In this document: positions 10,605-20,564 of the stretch, in pieces
How the letters are laid out: every line of letters begins with the position of its first letter
Position numbering within the stretch: the stretch's first letter is position 1
Assembly: GCA_028875125.1 (NCBI GenBank)
Contig: JAPPGC010000016.1
Location: 70,167 to 134,166 of the forward strand
Source of the DNA: Bacteroidota bacterium
GTDB lineage: Bacteria > Bacteroidota > Rhodothermia > Rhodothermales > Bin80
DNA: 64,000 bases
Direction of reading: 5' to 3'
The notes under the pieces: generated by a model
Database searches by the model: none
What the model was told of the DNA's origin: nothing
What the model saw: only the letters and a program-made list of their open reading frames with translations
Made by a program: the position numbers and the translations under genes

Positions 10605-11744
10605 CTATAGGTTCTTAATTAGGTCTGTCCAGGCTTGTCGAACAGTTTCCGGGCTGTATTCCGCTTTATAATGCTTGCGTGCGGCGCAGGATTTTTTTTG
10701 CCACATTTTTTTGTTGCTTAGTGATACAAGTGCATTTGCGATTGCCTCGGGATCACGAGGTGGCACAAGAGAAGCACCCTGCTCTTCGTTTACGAGGGCT
10801 TCAAGCACTGGAAGCTTGGTGACGATCACTGGTGTTCCGGCACTTAGTGCCTCCATGATAGCCAAGGGTTGCGCCTCATGTGCAAGTAAAGTCGGCAGCG
10901 CAAACACGTCCGCAGTTTGATGCAACTCGGCAACCGCCCTTCGGTCGGAAATCGGTCCGTGGATTACAATGGTGTCTGAAAGCCCCAGGCGTTCAACCTC
11001 GCTGCGAAACCGTCCTTCATCACTTTCAACATTCCAGCGTCCGGCAAAATGTGCTTCGAGGGACAGCCCCTGTTTGGTTGCAATGGCGATGGCCTGTAGG
11101 AGATCATAGCAGCCTTTTTCCTTGATCATATGACTCAGAAACAACACACGGATAGTGCTTGAAGCTGAATGGTTTTCATTTTTGGTTCGAAATTCGTCCT
11201 CAGATGCAATTTGGGGCACATAATTGGGAATAACACAAAGTTTATGTGCTGGTACATAAGCCTCGATTTGGTTTGCTAGTTCACGGCTTAGAACGACTAC
11301 GCGATCCAGTCTTCGGACCAGCTTCCGGGCCGATGCTGCCATGGACCAGTGTGTGAAAATCCTGGAGAAGTTTCCCCAATGCACCACCGCTACGACCGGC
11401 TGATTGGGCTGCAGGCAGGGCACCACAGCCATCAGGTCACGCCAATGACCTGAGGGTTGGCTGGAGATGTTTGCCCATAGCACCGGGTTACCATCTCTAA
11501 GTCTGGATTTTAGTTTTGGTTTGAGTTTGAGATAATGCTGAATGGTCTGCCTCGCTCCTGAGTGCCCGGAAGACAACAACGCCCTGTTAGTAAGAGTCAT
11601 ATTGAACTGCTTGACATCATAGTCCTGCTCGAGTAGACTGGCCAAGCTGAGTGTTGCAAGACTTTGCCCATCTATTGGAGGGGGATATCGCCCAATAACA
11701 TGGACCATTCTCAATCCGTCAGGGCTGGGCAGTGCCTGTGTCAT
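10605..11744 (-). CDS. GT4 family glycosyltransferase
   Basis: GT-B C-terminal motif EAQPLAIMEALSAGTPVI; EKG motif. Confidence 0.9.
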   Translation of the reverse strand: MTQALPSPDGLRMVHVIGRYPPPIDGQSLATLSLASLLEQDYDVKQFNMTLTNRALLSSGHSGARQTIQHYLKLKPKLKSRLRDGNPVLWANISSQPSGHWRDLMAVVPCLQPNQPVVAVVHWGNFSRIFTHWSMAASARKLVRRLDRVVVLSRELANQIEAYVPAHKLCVIPNYVPQIASEDEFRTKNENHSASSTIRVLFLSHMIKEKGCYDLLQAIAIATKQGLSLEAHFAGRWNVESDEGRFRSEVERLGLSDTIVIHGPISDRRAVAELHQTADVFALPTLLAHEAQPLAIMEALSAGTPVIVTKLPVLEALVNEEQGASLVPPRDPEAIANALVSLSNKKMWQKKSCAARKHYKAEYSPETVRQAWTDLIKNL

Positions 11745-12361
11745 GGAGGCTGCGAATCTGTGGCACGAGGATGCCTTTGTAATTTATGGGGAATTATTAT
11801 GTCTGAGTCTCCGTGATCGCAAGTTAACTCTCGAACCCGGTTCATGGATCAACGAGGCGCTTGATATCAGGCATCACCTGCGGACGTTCGACATTTCAAC
11901 GTAACAGCACATCTCATTCAATCCCCACGATCTAACGCTCGGACTAAGATCGATGAATGTGCAAAATCTATTGCAAAACCCTTAACACATTACATGCTCA
12001 GCGCTAATTTGCTGGAAACCGGGTTGTAATGACCACGAAGCTGTGAGCTCAGACAGCCACGCCTACTATGGCAGGGTTGATTACAATCCTGATGGCATTA
12101 GCGGACTCCGCAGAGAACTACACAACGAAGTCGGTGAGCTTCGCGGCGAGGTCCGATAGGAACTCCGTACAACGCCCGCTAACCTTAGAGCCAGATTTGA
12201 TACTGTATTTTATATTTTCGAGCCAATCGGACCCTTTGAGGCACCTCGGCGGTTGGATACTCAGTGATGTCTCCTGTTGCTGGGTCAAATTCACTCTCTC
12301 GTCAGATGCCCCCTGGATCCAAACGCCAAATAACTACAATATTGATTCTCCAACTGTTTAG

Positions 12362-15256
12362 GTGGAGGGCCCAAGTTTAATCGTTCGCTGGCCCATGATT
12401 ATGACAATCAAGTCGTTTCGTCGTTTGACCTCCTTGACATTTCTGTTGCTTGTCGTCCTCGTTCCGGCTGCAAACGCGCAACTTGCTGTTCGTGGTACTG
12501 TAACTGACGGCGAGACAAACCAGCCCTTTCCTGGCGTTACCGTTTCTGTACGTGGAACCACGCTCGGAACTACAACGGCTGAAGATGGCACGTATTCGTT
12601 GCAAGTGCCGGTTGGAGATGTTACGCTGGTATTCAGCTTCGTTGGGTATCGCTCACAGGAATTCAATGTATCTGCAAGTAGTGAGGAGATTAACGTAGTT
12701 CTTCAGTCAGATGTACTTGGTCTGGATGAGTTTGTCGTTGTGGGTTCGCGACGACAACCACGACTATTGAAGGACTCAGCCGTGCCGGTTGATGTACTGG
12801 GGTCCTCCGATTTACATTCGATGGGCAGTACGGATGTGGACGATATGGTGCGAACACAAATCCCGTCCTATAATCTGCAGGCCCTAAATGGTGATGAAGC
12901 TGCAATTGTGCGTCCGGCTACACTGCGCGGACTGCCGACGGACAACGTTATTGTGCTAGTAAACGGAAAACGCAGGCATAGATCCGGCTCCATTGCCTTG
13001 TCGGCAGGTTCACTGAATGAGGGGGCACAGGGACCGGATCTCAACATGATTCCAACAATTGCTCTGCGCCAAATTGAGATATTGCGTGACGGCGCAACAG
13101 CCCAATATGGTGCGGATGCCATAGCCGGTGTCTTTAATTTGCAGCTTCGCGAAGATGCACAGGGAATACGTGCACGGTTACGAACCGGACAATATTTGAA
13201 AGGGGATGGGCGCTATGTGCATGCGGCAGCGAATACAGGGTTTTCGCTGCCGAACAACGGTTTTGTGAATCTGAGCCTGGAGTATAGAGATGTGGAGCCT
13301 ACCGTACGTGCCGCACAGCGTGATGATGCCCTAACCCTGGCCAGTCGCGGTTACCCTGTGGCGGACCCAGCCCAGACTTGGGGGAGTGCAGAAGTGAGTC
13401 ACAGTGTAGTTGGATTTTTGAACAGCGGCTTTGAAGTTACTCCCGGAATTCGAGGCTATGTTTTTGGAGGTGGGGGACGCAGAACCCAGGAATACGGTTT
13501 TTATTTCAGGGCACCAGGTACCGCGACGGCCCGCAGCAGCGTATTTCGTTTCGGTGGTGAGCGGGCCGTAGTAGACCTTAAGCCAGACGCTGGTGTTCAT
13601 TGTCGCGAGGATAAAATTCTACCGGATCTAGATGCGACGAATGCGGAGATTCAGGGTTTTATTGATGAGTTCCAAGGGGAGTGTTTTTTGTTTAATGAAA
13701 TATTTCCGGGAGGATTCACACCGCGATTTGGGGGAGATGTATTTGATATCAGTTTGACGGCAGGCGTGCGCAGTAACAAAATTGACGGTCTGAACTGGGA
13801 TGTCAGTGTGAGCGGGGCCCGAAGCCTTGTAAATTTTTTCCTTTATCGATCAGTCAATGCTTCCTATGGCCCAGACACGCCGACCTCCTTCAAACCACGG
13901 TCCTATTTTCAACAGGAAGCGGAAGTGTCGGCAGCTTTCTCTTTTCCACTTACCGTGCGCCGGCTGGCTTCACCGATCCATTTGGCTTGGGGAGCAACCT
14001 GGCGTACGGAGGTTTTTGAGAGCCGGCCTGGAGATCCCCGGTCCTATGCAGTGGGTCCCTACGCTATTCAAGGATTCAGTGTTGGTTCCAATGGCTATCA
14101 GGGGCTGCATCCGATATTTGCAGGCCGGTGGTCCCGGCCGAATTTCGCCATCTATGTAGATGCCGAAGCGGATCTCACTCGGCGGCTGCTAGGCAACGTT
14201 GCAGTGCGGTATGAAAATTTTACCACTGAATTTGGAAGCACGCTGAACGGGAAGTTGGCAGCACTTTACCGCGTATCGGATCGTATTTCGCTGCGCGCGA
14301 CAACCAGTACAGGATTTCGTGCGCCGACACCGGGGCAGGCAAATCTGAATGTTTTCCGGACGACAGGGTTTTCAAAAGAGCATGGATTGATAGAAATTGG
14401 AGTTTTACCGTCAGTACATCCCATCTCGCAAGCATTAGGAGGCAAGCCGCTGACTCCAGAGCGTGCCTACAATATGTCGTCGGGAATAATTGCAGAGATC
14501 AATGAGGATATTACATTGACGGCTGATTTTTTCCAGATCAATGTACGCGACCGTCTTTCACTCACTGGGAGCATTCCCATCACTGGCCAGATTATACAGT
14601 TCATATGTTCGCAGGACGCCTTGCTGGTGGGGGGCGGGATCTGCAACATTGGGGAAGTTCGTTTTTATTCAAATGATTTCAGTACACGGACCAATGGTTT
14701 GGACCTGCTGTTGGCGTGGCAGCGTGAATGGGAGCCTACACACGCCATTTCCGGGAGCATTGCATGGAACTGGACGGCCACGTCTCTCACTCATTTCACG
14801 CCTCCAAGCGAGATCACCAGTTTTCTTGGCGAAACGTTGCGAGAACCACTGCCACTAGGTTTGCTCACCAAACGCCGTCAAGTTGAAATAGAAGAATTGA
14901 ACCCAAAACATCGAGTGGTTGCAACACAGCGGTATTTGTTGGACAGATGGTCTGCTCTCTTTCGTGTGAGTTGGTTCGACAGTTGGCAGGCCTGCAGGTT
15001 TGCCAGTTCTACCTGCACTGAGGATGGTATCAGTGTTCTAGATTATTTCCCAAGCGTCTGGCTTACGGATGTTGAGATTGGTTATGCATTCAGGGATTTC
15101 TGGCAAGTGACACTTGGTGTAAACAATCTGTTTGATATCGCGCGCAGCGCACATATGGAAGAGACGCATCGGCAAGGCAACCTGTCTCCCCGCAGCCTGC
15201 CATTCGATCACAATGGAACTTCGGTTTATTTACGAATAACTACAGATCTGTACTGA
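12362..15256 (+). CDS. TonB-dependent receptor with N-terminal carboxypeptidase-regulatory-like domain
   Basis: Signal peptide, GTVTD..GVTV domain, plug motifs LRGL..VLVNGKRRH and YGADAIAGV, GVNNLFD, terminal aromatic residue. The true start is probably about 12395. Confidence 0.93.
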   Translation: MEGPSLIVRWPMIMTIKSFRRLTSLTFLLLVVLVPAANAQLAVRGTVTDGETNQPFPGVTVSVRGTTLGTTTAEDGTYSLQVPVGDVTLVFSFVGYRSQEFNVSASSEEINVVLQSDVLGLDEFVVVGSRRQPRLLKDSAVPVDVLGSSDLHSMGSTDVDDMVRTQIPSYNLQALNGDEAAIVRPATLRGLPTDNVIVLVNGKRRHRSGSIALSAGSLNEGAQGPDLNMIPTIALRQIEILRDGATAQYGADAIAGVFNLQLREDAQGIRARLRTGQYLKGDGRYVHAAANTGFSLPNNGFVNLSLEYRDVEPTVRAAQRDDALTLASRGYPVADPAQTWGSAEVSHSVVGFLNSGFEVTPGIRGYVFGGGGRRTQEYGFYFRAPGTATARSSVFRFGGERAVVDLKPDAGVHCREDKILPDLDATNAEIQGFIDEFQGECFLFNEIFPGGFTPRFGGDVFDISLTAGVRSNKIDGLNWDVSVSGARSLVNFFLYRSVNASYGPDTPTSFKPRSYFQQEAEVSAAFSFPLTVRRLASPIHLAWGATWRTEVFESRPGDPRSYAVGPYAIQGFSVGSNGYQGLHPIFAGRWSRPNFAIYVDAEADLTRRLLGNVAVRYENFTTEFGSTLNGKLAALYRVSDRISLRATTSTGFRAPTPGQANLNVFRTTGFSKEHGLIEIGVLPSVHPISQALGGKPLTPERAYNMSSGIIAEINEDITLTADFFQINVRDRLSLTGSIPITGQIIQFICSQDALLVGGGICNIGEVRFYSNDFSTRTNGLDLLLAWQREWEPTHAISGSIAWNWTATSLTHFTPPSEITSFLGETLREPLPLGLLTKRRQVEIEELNPKHRVVATQRYLLDRWSALFRVSWFDSWQACRFASSTCTEDGISVLDYFPSVWLTDVEIGYAFRDFWQVTLGVNNLFDIARSAHMEETHRQGNLSPRSLPFDHNGTSVYLRITTDLY

Positions 15257-15381
15257 TTCATGTTTAGGTGCAACTGTATTTTGAATGGGGCGTCAGTATG
15301 GGAAAATCGCTGATCTTGATTGGCAATCAATCTTTACAATCTCTTGGTTGGCAGATTTGGCCAACAAATTGATAGTTAATC

Positions 15382-16242
15382 ATGCGTTCATCTCGTCGAC
15401 AGTTCTTAAGGCTTTCTCTGGGGGAATTACTCACGTCTATCAGGCAGTGGGACAGTTCGCTGAAGTTTGGTCTTGTAACCTATTTATGGGGGCGAGACTG
15501 GGATATTCCAACGCTCATCCATAACTGCGAGGTTGCCGGTGCAGGGGGGGTGGAACTGAGAACGGAGCACGCTCATGGAGTAGAGGTCCATCTGCGACCG
15601 GCCGAGCGTGCGGCGGTCAGTGCGCAATTCGCAGACAGTGATGTGTTATTGCTCGGATTGGGCACGAACTGGGCCTTTCACCATCGCGATCCTGCGCAAT
15701 TAGCGCACGAAATTACGGCCGCGAAAGCTTCTATAGTACTCTCCCATGATGTCGGGGGTAGTGGTGTAAAGGTTAAGCCGGATGCTTTACCAAGTGAAGT
15801 AGATGAAGCGCAGACCATAGCCCAAATTGGACGTGCGCTGCGAATACTTGGACAGTATGGAGAAGATTACGGTCAGGAGATTCGTCTTGAGGTTCATGGC
15901 CAAGGTACGGATCGGCTGCCGGTTGTTCGACGAATCATGGAAGCCGCCGACCACCGAAACGTTAAGGTCTGTTGGAATTGCAATGAGGCCGACTTAAATG
16001 ATCCGGGGCTGGCTCACAATTTTGGGCTTGTCCGTGAATTTTTTGGACAAACGGTTCACATCCGTGAACTGGATGTCGGCACGTATCCCTACCGACAGCT
16101 ATTTGAGCTGTTACAAGTGTCAGAATATGAGGGTTGGATATTGTTAGAGGCACGTACGGAACCCGACGATCGAGTAGCCGCATTGGGACATCAGCGATTG
16201 CTGTTTGACAGTATGGTTGAACTGACAAAGAAGAGCGGTTAG
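15382..16242 (+). CDS. Sugar phosphate isomerase/epimerase (xylose-isomerase-like TIM barrel)
   Basis: GVELRT, RLEVHG, VHIREL and WILLE metal motifs; N-terminal SRRQFL twin-arginine-like motif. Confidence 0.85.
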   Translation: MRSSRRQFLRLSLGELLTSIRQWDSSLKFGLVTYLWGRDWDIPTLIHNCEVAGAGGVELRTEHAHGVEVHLRPAERAAVSAQFADSDVLLLGLGTNWAFHHRDPAQLAHEITAAKASIVLSHDVGGSGVKVKPDALPSEVDEAQTIAQIGRALRILGQYGEDYGQEIRLEVHGQGTDRLPVVRRIMEAADHRNVKVCWNCNEADLNDPGLAHNFGLVREFFGQTVHIRELDVGTYPYRQLFELLQVSEYEGWILLEARTEPDDRVAALGHQRLLFDSMVELTKKSG

Positions 16243-16326
16243 GCGTAGTCGTTTCGAGTCTTGAAGTTCCGCAGGTGTTCCTGGACACTTTTCTCTTGGG
16301 GTTGAACCCGGAAATCTGTCCGAAGC

Positions 16327-16361
16327 AAAAAAGGCCTCGCACCCTGCGGAGCGAGACCTTT
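16327..16361 (-). terminator. Intrinsic terminator downstream of ssrA
   Basis: Minus strand AAGGTCTCGC-loop-GCGAGGCCTT followed by a T-run. Confidence 0.7.
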
Positions 16362-16365
16362 GTCG

Positions 16366-16730
16366 TGGAGATGCCGGGAATCGAACCCGGGTCCGAAAAG
16401 TCGAACGATCAAGCGTCTACGTGTGTAGGTCGTCCTTAGTGTCTCGTCTGTGCCCTTTGGCGTGCGACCAAAGCCAGGTCAGATAAAGGCTGATCAATAC
16501 TCTATATGGAATGCAGCCGGAATTCAAAATAGAGTCCCCACATTTGTCGATGCCTTAAGGACTACCTGTGGGAGAGCGTGTCCATAAGACAGATCGCGGG
16601 TCTATGCCGCCATCGCGTACGAGTAATCGTTCGCAGTTACAGTTTCCTGACGTAATTCACGAGCTCAAGTCAGGTTAGCTCGACACGCAGCTTATCGCGC
16701 AATGCTATCCGTCGAAGCCAGATCATCCCC
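16366..16730 (-). ncRNA. ssrA: tmRNA
   Basis: 5' end GGGGATGATCTGGCTTCGAC; 3' tRNA-like end CCCGGGTTCGATTCCCGGCATCTCCA (CCA not fully encoded); tag ORF 16634-16602 encodes ANDYSYAMAA-stop. Confidence 0.97.
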
Positions 16731-16835
16731 ATTAAGTCAAATAACACCATAGGTACGCCTGTAGCCAACCAAGGTTGCACCAATGGGTGCCTATACACAG
16801 TATAGATTGTCTAGACGTAACAGTTGTCCACGGAG

Positions 16836-17336
16836 CTACCTTCTTCGGACGCGATCTCGGGACATATCTGTTCCAACTGCCAAGAGGTTGCGAGATTCAA
16901 ATACCCGATCAATATCATGGATCACTCTACGACGAATGCTGCGCTTCAAGAAGGGAATCTTACTGCGCGATCCGGTTGCATATATTCGATAAGGATGCAC
17001 AAACAGGCGAACATGCCTGGAGCCTACTGGAACAGCTTCCACCTGTACTGCGACACGGTAGATTATCCAATCGCGAATCTGTCGATCTGCTGTGGCCACA
17101 ACGTTAGGTGCCGGTGGAGGAATCAGCTCCCAGCCAGCCTCAACTAGAGCTTCCTCAATGCTAGGCAACAGATCAGGGTTCCCGGAATCATGCTCATAGT
17201 CTCGGTAGAGCGGGTACAGCGCGGGTGAACAGCCGGCGATCAACAGTGCTGAAAGCCCCAAGAGTAACACAGCAGGTGCTCTGAAGGACAAGAGTCCTGT
17301 CTCAGATGGGTGTGGAGGGCAAGGCAATCCTGTCAA
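16836..17336 (-). CDS. Hypothetical lipoprotein
   Basis: Lipobox LIAGC followed by a compact domain; start uncertain. Confidence 0.7.
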   Translation of the reverse strand: MTGLPCPPHPSETGLLSFRAPAVLLLGLSALLIAGCSPALYPLYRDYEHDSGNPDLLPSIEEALVEAGWELIPPPAPNVVATADRQIRDWIIYRVAVQVEAVPVGSRHVRLFVHPYRIYATGSRSKIPFLKRSIRRRVIHDIDRVFESRNLLAVGTDMSRDRVRRR

Positions 17337-18219
17337 TTGAATGCTCCAGAAAATTTATCATTATTTCGTTAAATGTATCTGGATGTTCCATCATAGGAGC
17401 ATGGCCACATTTCTCAATGAAATGTAACTGGGTTGATGGCATCAGCCGATCAAAACTATGGGCGACGTCAGGAGGGGTGATTTGATCTTCTGCCCCCCAG
17501 ATGAGCAGTGTGGGGGCTGTGATATCCCCTAGGTCGTCAATTACGAGATCGCTAATTGAGCTACGAGCCATCCAAACGATTCGAAGCGCCCGAAGACGGT
17601 TTGTTGCCAGTTCATAAATCCGGTCAATCAAATCTTCGGTTACCATGGCCGGATCATAGAACGCTTGTTCTGCCTTGTCACGGATGAAGTCACGATCCTG
17701 CCGTCGAAAAGTTGCTGTGCCAACTTCCGTTTCGTAAATTCCCGAGGAGCCAGACAGGACCAGACCGGCGATGTGTTCTGGATAAGCAATTGAGTACTTC
17801 AGGGCGATCTGGCCTCCAAGCGAGTTGCCGACCAACACCATAGAATCCAGATCCAGGAAATCAGTGAGTTCATGCAGGTACTTAACGAGCCCGCCCACGT
17901 TTGCCTGCCCGCGGGGCATCTCATCAATCGGTAGGTGCGGCACGATTGCACGGTATTTACTTGCTGCCAGAGCCGCCGCTGCATCAAACCATCCTTCCGG
18001 GTCTCCCAAAATGCCATGCAACAACAAGACTGGGGGTCTTTCTGAGGCACTGTTCAGGTCAACAAATTTGAAGCCTCCAGTGTTCTGGAATTCTAAAGTC
18101 AACTTACTGTTTTGGTATAGCCAGTAAAAAAGTTGCGCTGCCTTGATAAAATATAAGGTTAACCGAGCAAACAACGGATAAGCAAATTTTATTCCGTTAT
18201 TGGGAAGAAAATGGAACAT
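17302..18219 (-). CDS. Alpha/beta hydrolase
   Basis: LLHG oxyanion motif, GNSLGG nucleophile elbow, WGAED and CGHAP. The true start is probably near 18100. Confidence 0.92.
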   Translation of the reverse strand: MFHFLPNNGIKFAYPLFARLTLYFIKAAQLFYWLYQNSKLTLEFQNTGGFKFVDLNSASERPPVLLLHGILGDPEGWFDAAAALAASKYRAIVPHLPIDEMPRGQANVGGLVKYLHELTDFLDLDSMVLVGNSLGGQIALKYSIAYPEHIAGLVLSGSSGIYETEVGTATFRRQDRDFIRDKAEQAFYDPAMVTEDLIDRIYELATNRLRALRIVWMARSSISDLVIDDLGDITAPTLLIWGAEDQITPPDVAHSFDRLMPSTQLHFIEKCGHAPMMEHPDTFNEIMINFLEHSIDRIALPSTPI

Positions 18220-18285
18220 TTAGCTGGTATCCAAAGTACTATCCCACACTTCAAGTCTTACGAATACCTAACCAAACATAACTAT

Positions 18286-18381
18286 ATGCCCTGCGGCAAA
18301 AAAAGGAAACGTCACAAGATAGCGACGCACAAGCGGAAGAAGCGGCTGCGTAAGAATCGCCACAAGAAGCGGAATCGCTAA
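18286..18381 (+). CDS. 30S ribosomal protein bS22 (AURKAIP1/COX24/mS38-like), 31 aa
   Basis: Below the ORF-track cutoff. Manual translation gives MPCGKKRKRHKIATHKRKKRLRKNRHKKRNR, close to the Bacteroidota bS22 sequence as recalled. Confidence 0.9.
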   Translation: MPCGKKRKRHKIATHKRKKRLRKNRHKKRNR

Positions 18382-18509
18382 ACTGATCGGGTAGCGACGG
18401 TCCGTGGACCAAGAATCCGACAAGGTTTTTACGCGCTCATTATTTGACGGCTGCTGCGTTGCCCAGTAGTTCCCCGGCTAGTCGCGCGTTATAAGTATCA
18501 TTCAAAGCA

Positions 18510-18833
18510 ATGTCAAAAGATCATGGCTTAGGTAATGTGCCCCGAGCGTTGGGCTGGGGCCTGTTGCTTGGTGGCGGAATAGGCTTTACTTTGGGGCTCC
18601 TGCTTGCCCCCGAGGAGGGTAGCCGATTGCGCCGTCGAGTTACCTATCACTTGGAAGGATTGGCAAATCAAATTGGAACCTTGGCGGAGACCATGAAAAC
18701 GCCTAGTAAGGACGCGGATGCTCGGCAGAAGGGAGAAGCCCTTGTTGCAAAGGCGGAGGAACAGGCGCGAGAGATCAACTCACGTATGGATGAAATCCTA
18801 GGGTCTGCGTCAGCATCACGCACGGAGTCGTGA
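18510..18833 (+). CDS. YtxH domain protein
   Basis: GLLLGGGIG..LGLLLAPEEG.RLRR motif followed by coiled coil. Confidence 0.88.
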   Translation: MSKDHGLGNVPRALGWGLLLGGGIGFTLGLLLAPEEGSRLRRRVTYHLEGLANQIGTLAETMKTPSKDADARQKGEALVAKAEEQAREINSRMDEILGSASASRTES

Positions 18834-19642
18834 GAAGGGGCACTATTGACGACCGTTTTGCCGTCCTGGCTGCGCCGGCAGATATTATGGTGGGTGGGGG
18901 TAATCCGTTTGCTCCCGATGTATTTGACTATCGCTCGAAGACTACGTTCAACTACTTTCACCAGTTGATTCCCGAACGTCGACGGGTTCTGGATCAACTA
19001 CTGGGGGCCATTCGACGTGAAGAGACCGATGCATTGGAAGAGATCTTCGGTAAAGAAAGATTAAAGGACGTACTGGAGTTAACAGAAGCCGTGTATACTG
19101 CGCCGCTGATGGCAGCTCGCAAACGATTTGAGCCGGATCCATTCTACAGTGCAGTTGACTTTGAGGGGCTGCCTACAGGGGCACAACGCAGGCTTCTTGA
19201 AAACAGCGCAATCGTAAGCGGGTTGTTCGGTCTCTTGCGCCCCGATGACTTGGTGCCGGAGCACAGCCTCAATCTGTCTGCAGATATTCCCGGCATTGGG
19301 CCCTTGATTTCCTTTTGGAGGCCGCGTATCAGCCCCCTGCTTAACAAGGTGGTCCAAGGCCGCTTCGTCTGGGATTTGTTGCCGGAATCATTCCGGGATG
19401 TATGGGATGATGATGAATCCCACAATGGTCGGGGACGTGTCAGGTTTATGAACGCCAATGGACGCGAGGTGAAGATGGATACAGTTTATCGTGGACAGAT
19501 GATGAACTTTATTGTTCGAGGACCGATTGTTGAGCCGGAACTGCTAGCTGATTGGCGTCATCCAGGAGGTTTTAAGTTCAGCCGGAAAAAGTCAGACCTG
19601 GAAGGCAGGCATAAGACGATTGCAATGATTCGCCGTTATTAG
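18830..19642 (+). CDS. yaaA: Peroxide stress protein YaaA (UPF0246)
   Basis: SGLFGLLRPDD, FW..ISP.L, WDLLP and RGQM motifs. Confidence 0.75.
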   Translation: MRRGTIDDRFAVLAAPADIMVGGGNPFAPDVFDYRSKTTFNYFHQLIPERRRVLDQLLGAIRREETDALEEIFGKERLKDVLELTEAVYTAPLMAARKRFEPDPFYSAVDFEGLPTGAQRRLLENSAIVSGLFGLLRPDDLVPEHSLNLSADIPGIGPLISFWRPRISPLLNKVVQGRFVWDLLPESFRDVWDDDESHNGRGRVRFMNANGREVKMDTVYRGQMMNFIVRGPIVEPELLADWRHPGGFKFSRKKSDLEGRHKTIAMIRRY

Positions 19643-19650
19643 GCGAAAGT

Positions 19651-20394
19651 ATGCCAGAGCTGCATGTCTTACTGATCCTGTTTGGTGTAGGTGCAGCGGC
19701 AGGTATGATCAATGTGATGGCAGGGGGTGGTTCAACCCTCACACTTCCAGTGCTCGTTTTACTCGGCGTTGACGCCAGTGTAGCAAACGGCACCAATAGG
19801 GTTGCAATCGTTGTTCAGAATATATCGGCTACGTTAGCCTTCAAGGCCGAAAAGAAGACCCGCTTGCGTGAGACCATATCCTATGGGCTCTGGGCAATAC
19901 CAGGTGCATTGACAGGTGCTTTCATAGCAATCAGGATTGAAGATGCTTGGTTTGAGCGGATCTTGGGCGTGCTTTTGATTGTGGTTGTATTGACCATGAT
20001 CGTTCCACGGAGTAGTCCAGACTCGGAGTCAGCCGTACGAGAATCTCCATGGTCTGGCCCCGTACTTTTGTTGCTTGGGTTTTATGGAGGGTTTATTCAT
20101 ATGGGGGTAGGATTCCTGTTTATGGCCGTTTTCTTTCATCTCCTGAATATGGACTTGGTCTCCACCACAGTGCATAAAATTGTCATCATTCTCCTCTATT
20201 CCATACCAGCTCTGCTAGTATTTGCGATCGCAGGAGATGTAGATTGGGTTTTGGGATTTTCACTGGCTGCGGGCAATGCAACAGGAGCTTTTGCTGCGGC
20301 TAAAATAGCAGTAAGGCGAGGAGAAAAGGCGATACGTGTGGTGCTGATCGTTGCTGTATTGATCATGGCTCTGAAAATTCTCGGCATACTATAA
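19651..20394 (+). CDS. TSUP / TauE-SafE sulfite exporter family membrane protein
   Basis: AGGGS.LTLP..ANGTNR and GFYGGF..GVG motifs; multiple TM helices. Confidence 0.92.
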   Translation: MPELHVLLILFGVGAAAGMINVMAGGGSTLTLPVLVLLGVDASVANGTNRVAIVVQNISATLAFKAEKKTRLRETISYGLWAIPGALTGAFIAIRIEDAWFERILGVLLIVVVLTMIVPRSSPDSESAVRESPWSGPVLLLLGFYGGFIHMGVGFLFMAVFFHLLNMDLVSTTVHKIVIILLYSIPALLVFAIAGDVDWVLGFSLAAGNATGAFAAAKIAVRRGEKAIRVVLIVAVLIMALKILGIL

Positions 20395-20564
20395 GGGTTG
20401 GTCCAGATACATCAGTATGAATGCTGTGACTAATGCATGCCAAGCACAAGTGAATGACCTTCATAGCTGTACGGTGAGACCCAGGTGTTCACCGCTGAGC
20501 TTGTCTGGGACAGATGCTTTCATAAGACGAATGCCTTATGAAAGCCATCCAATGTTGATAACCA

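Noticed and set aside
12000-12360. Cobalamin or TPP riboswitch upstream of the TBDR
   Set aside because: Core motifs (GGGAA..GCCACTG / B12 box; CTGAGA..ACCTG) were not found.
16361-16400. Stand-alone tRNA gene (T-arm GGTTCGATTCC on the minus strand)
   Set aside because: It is the tRNA-like 3' domain of tmRNA; the matching 5' end and tag ORF are present.
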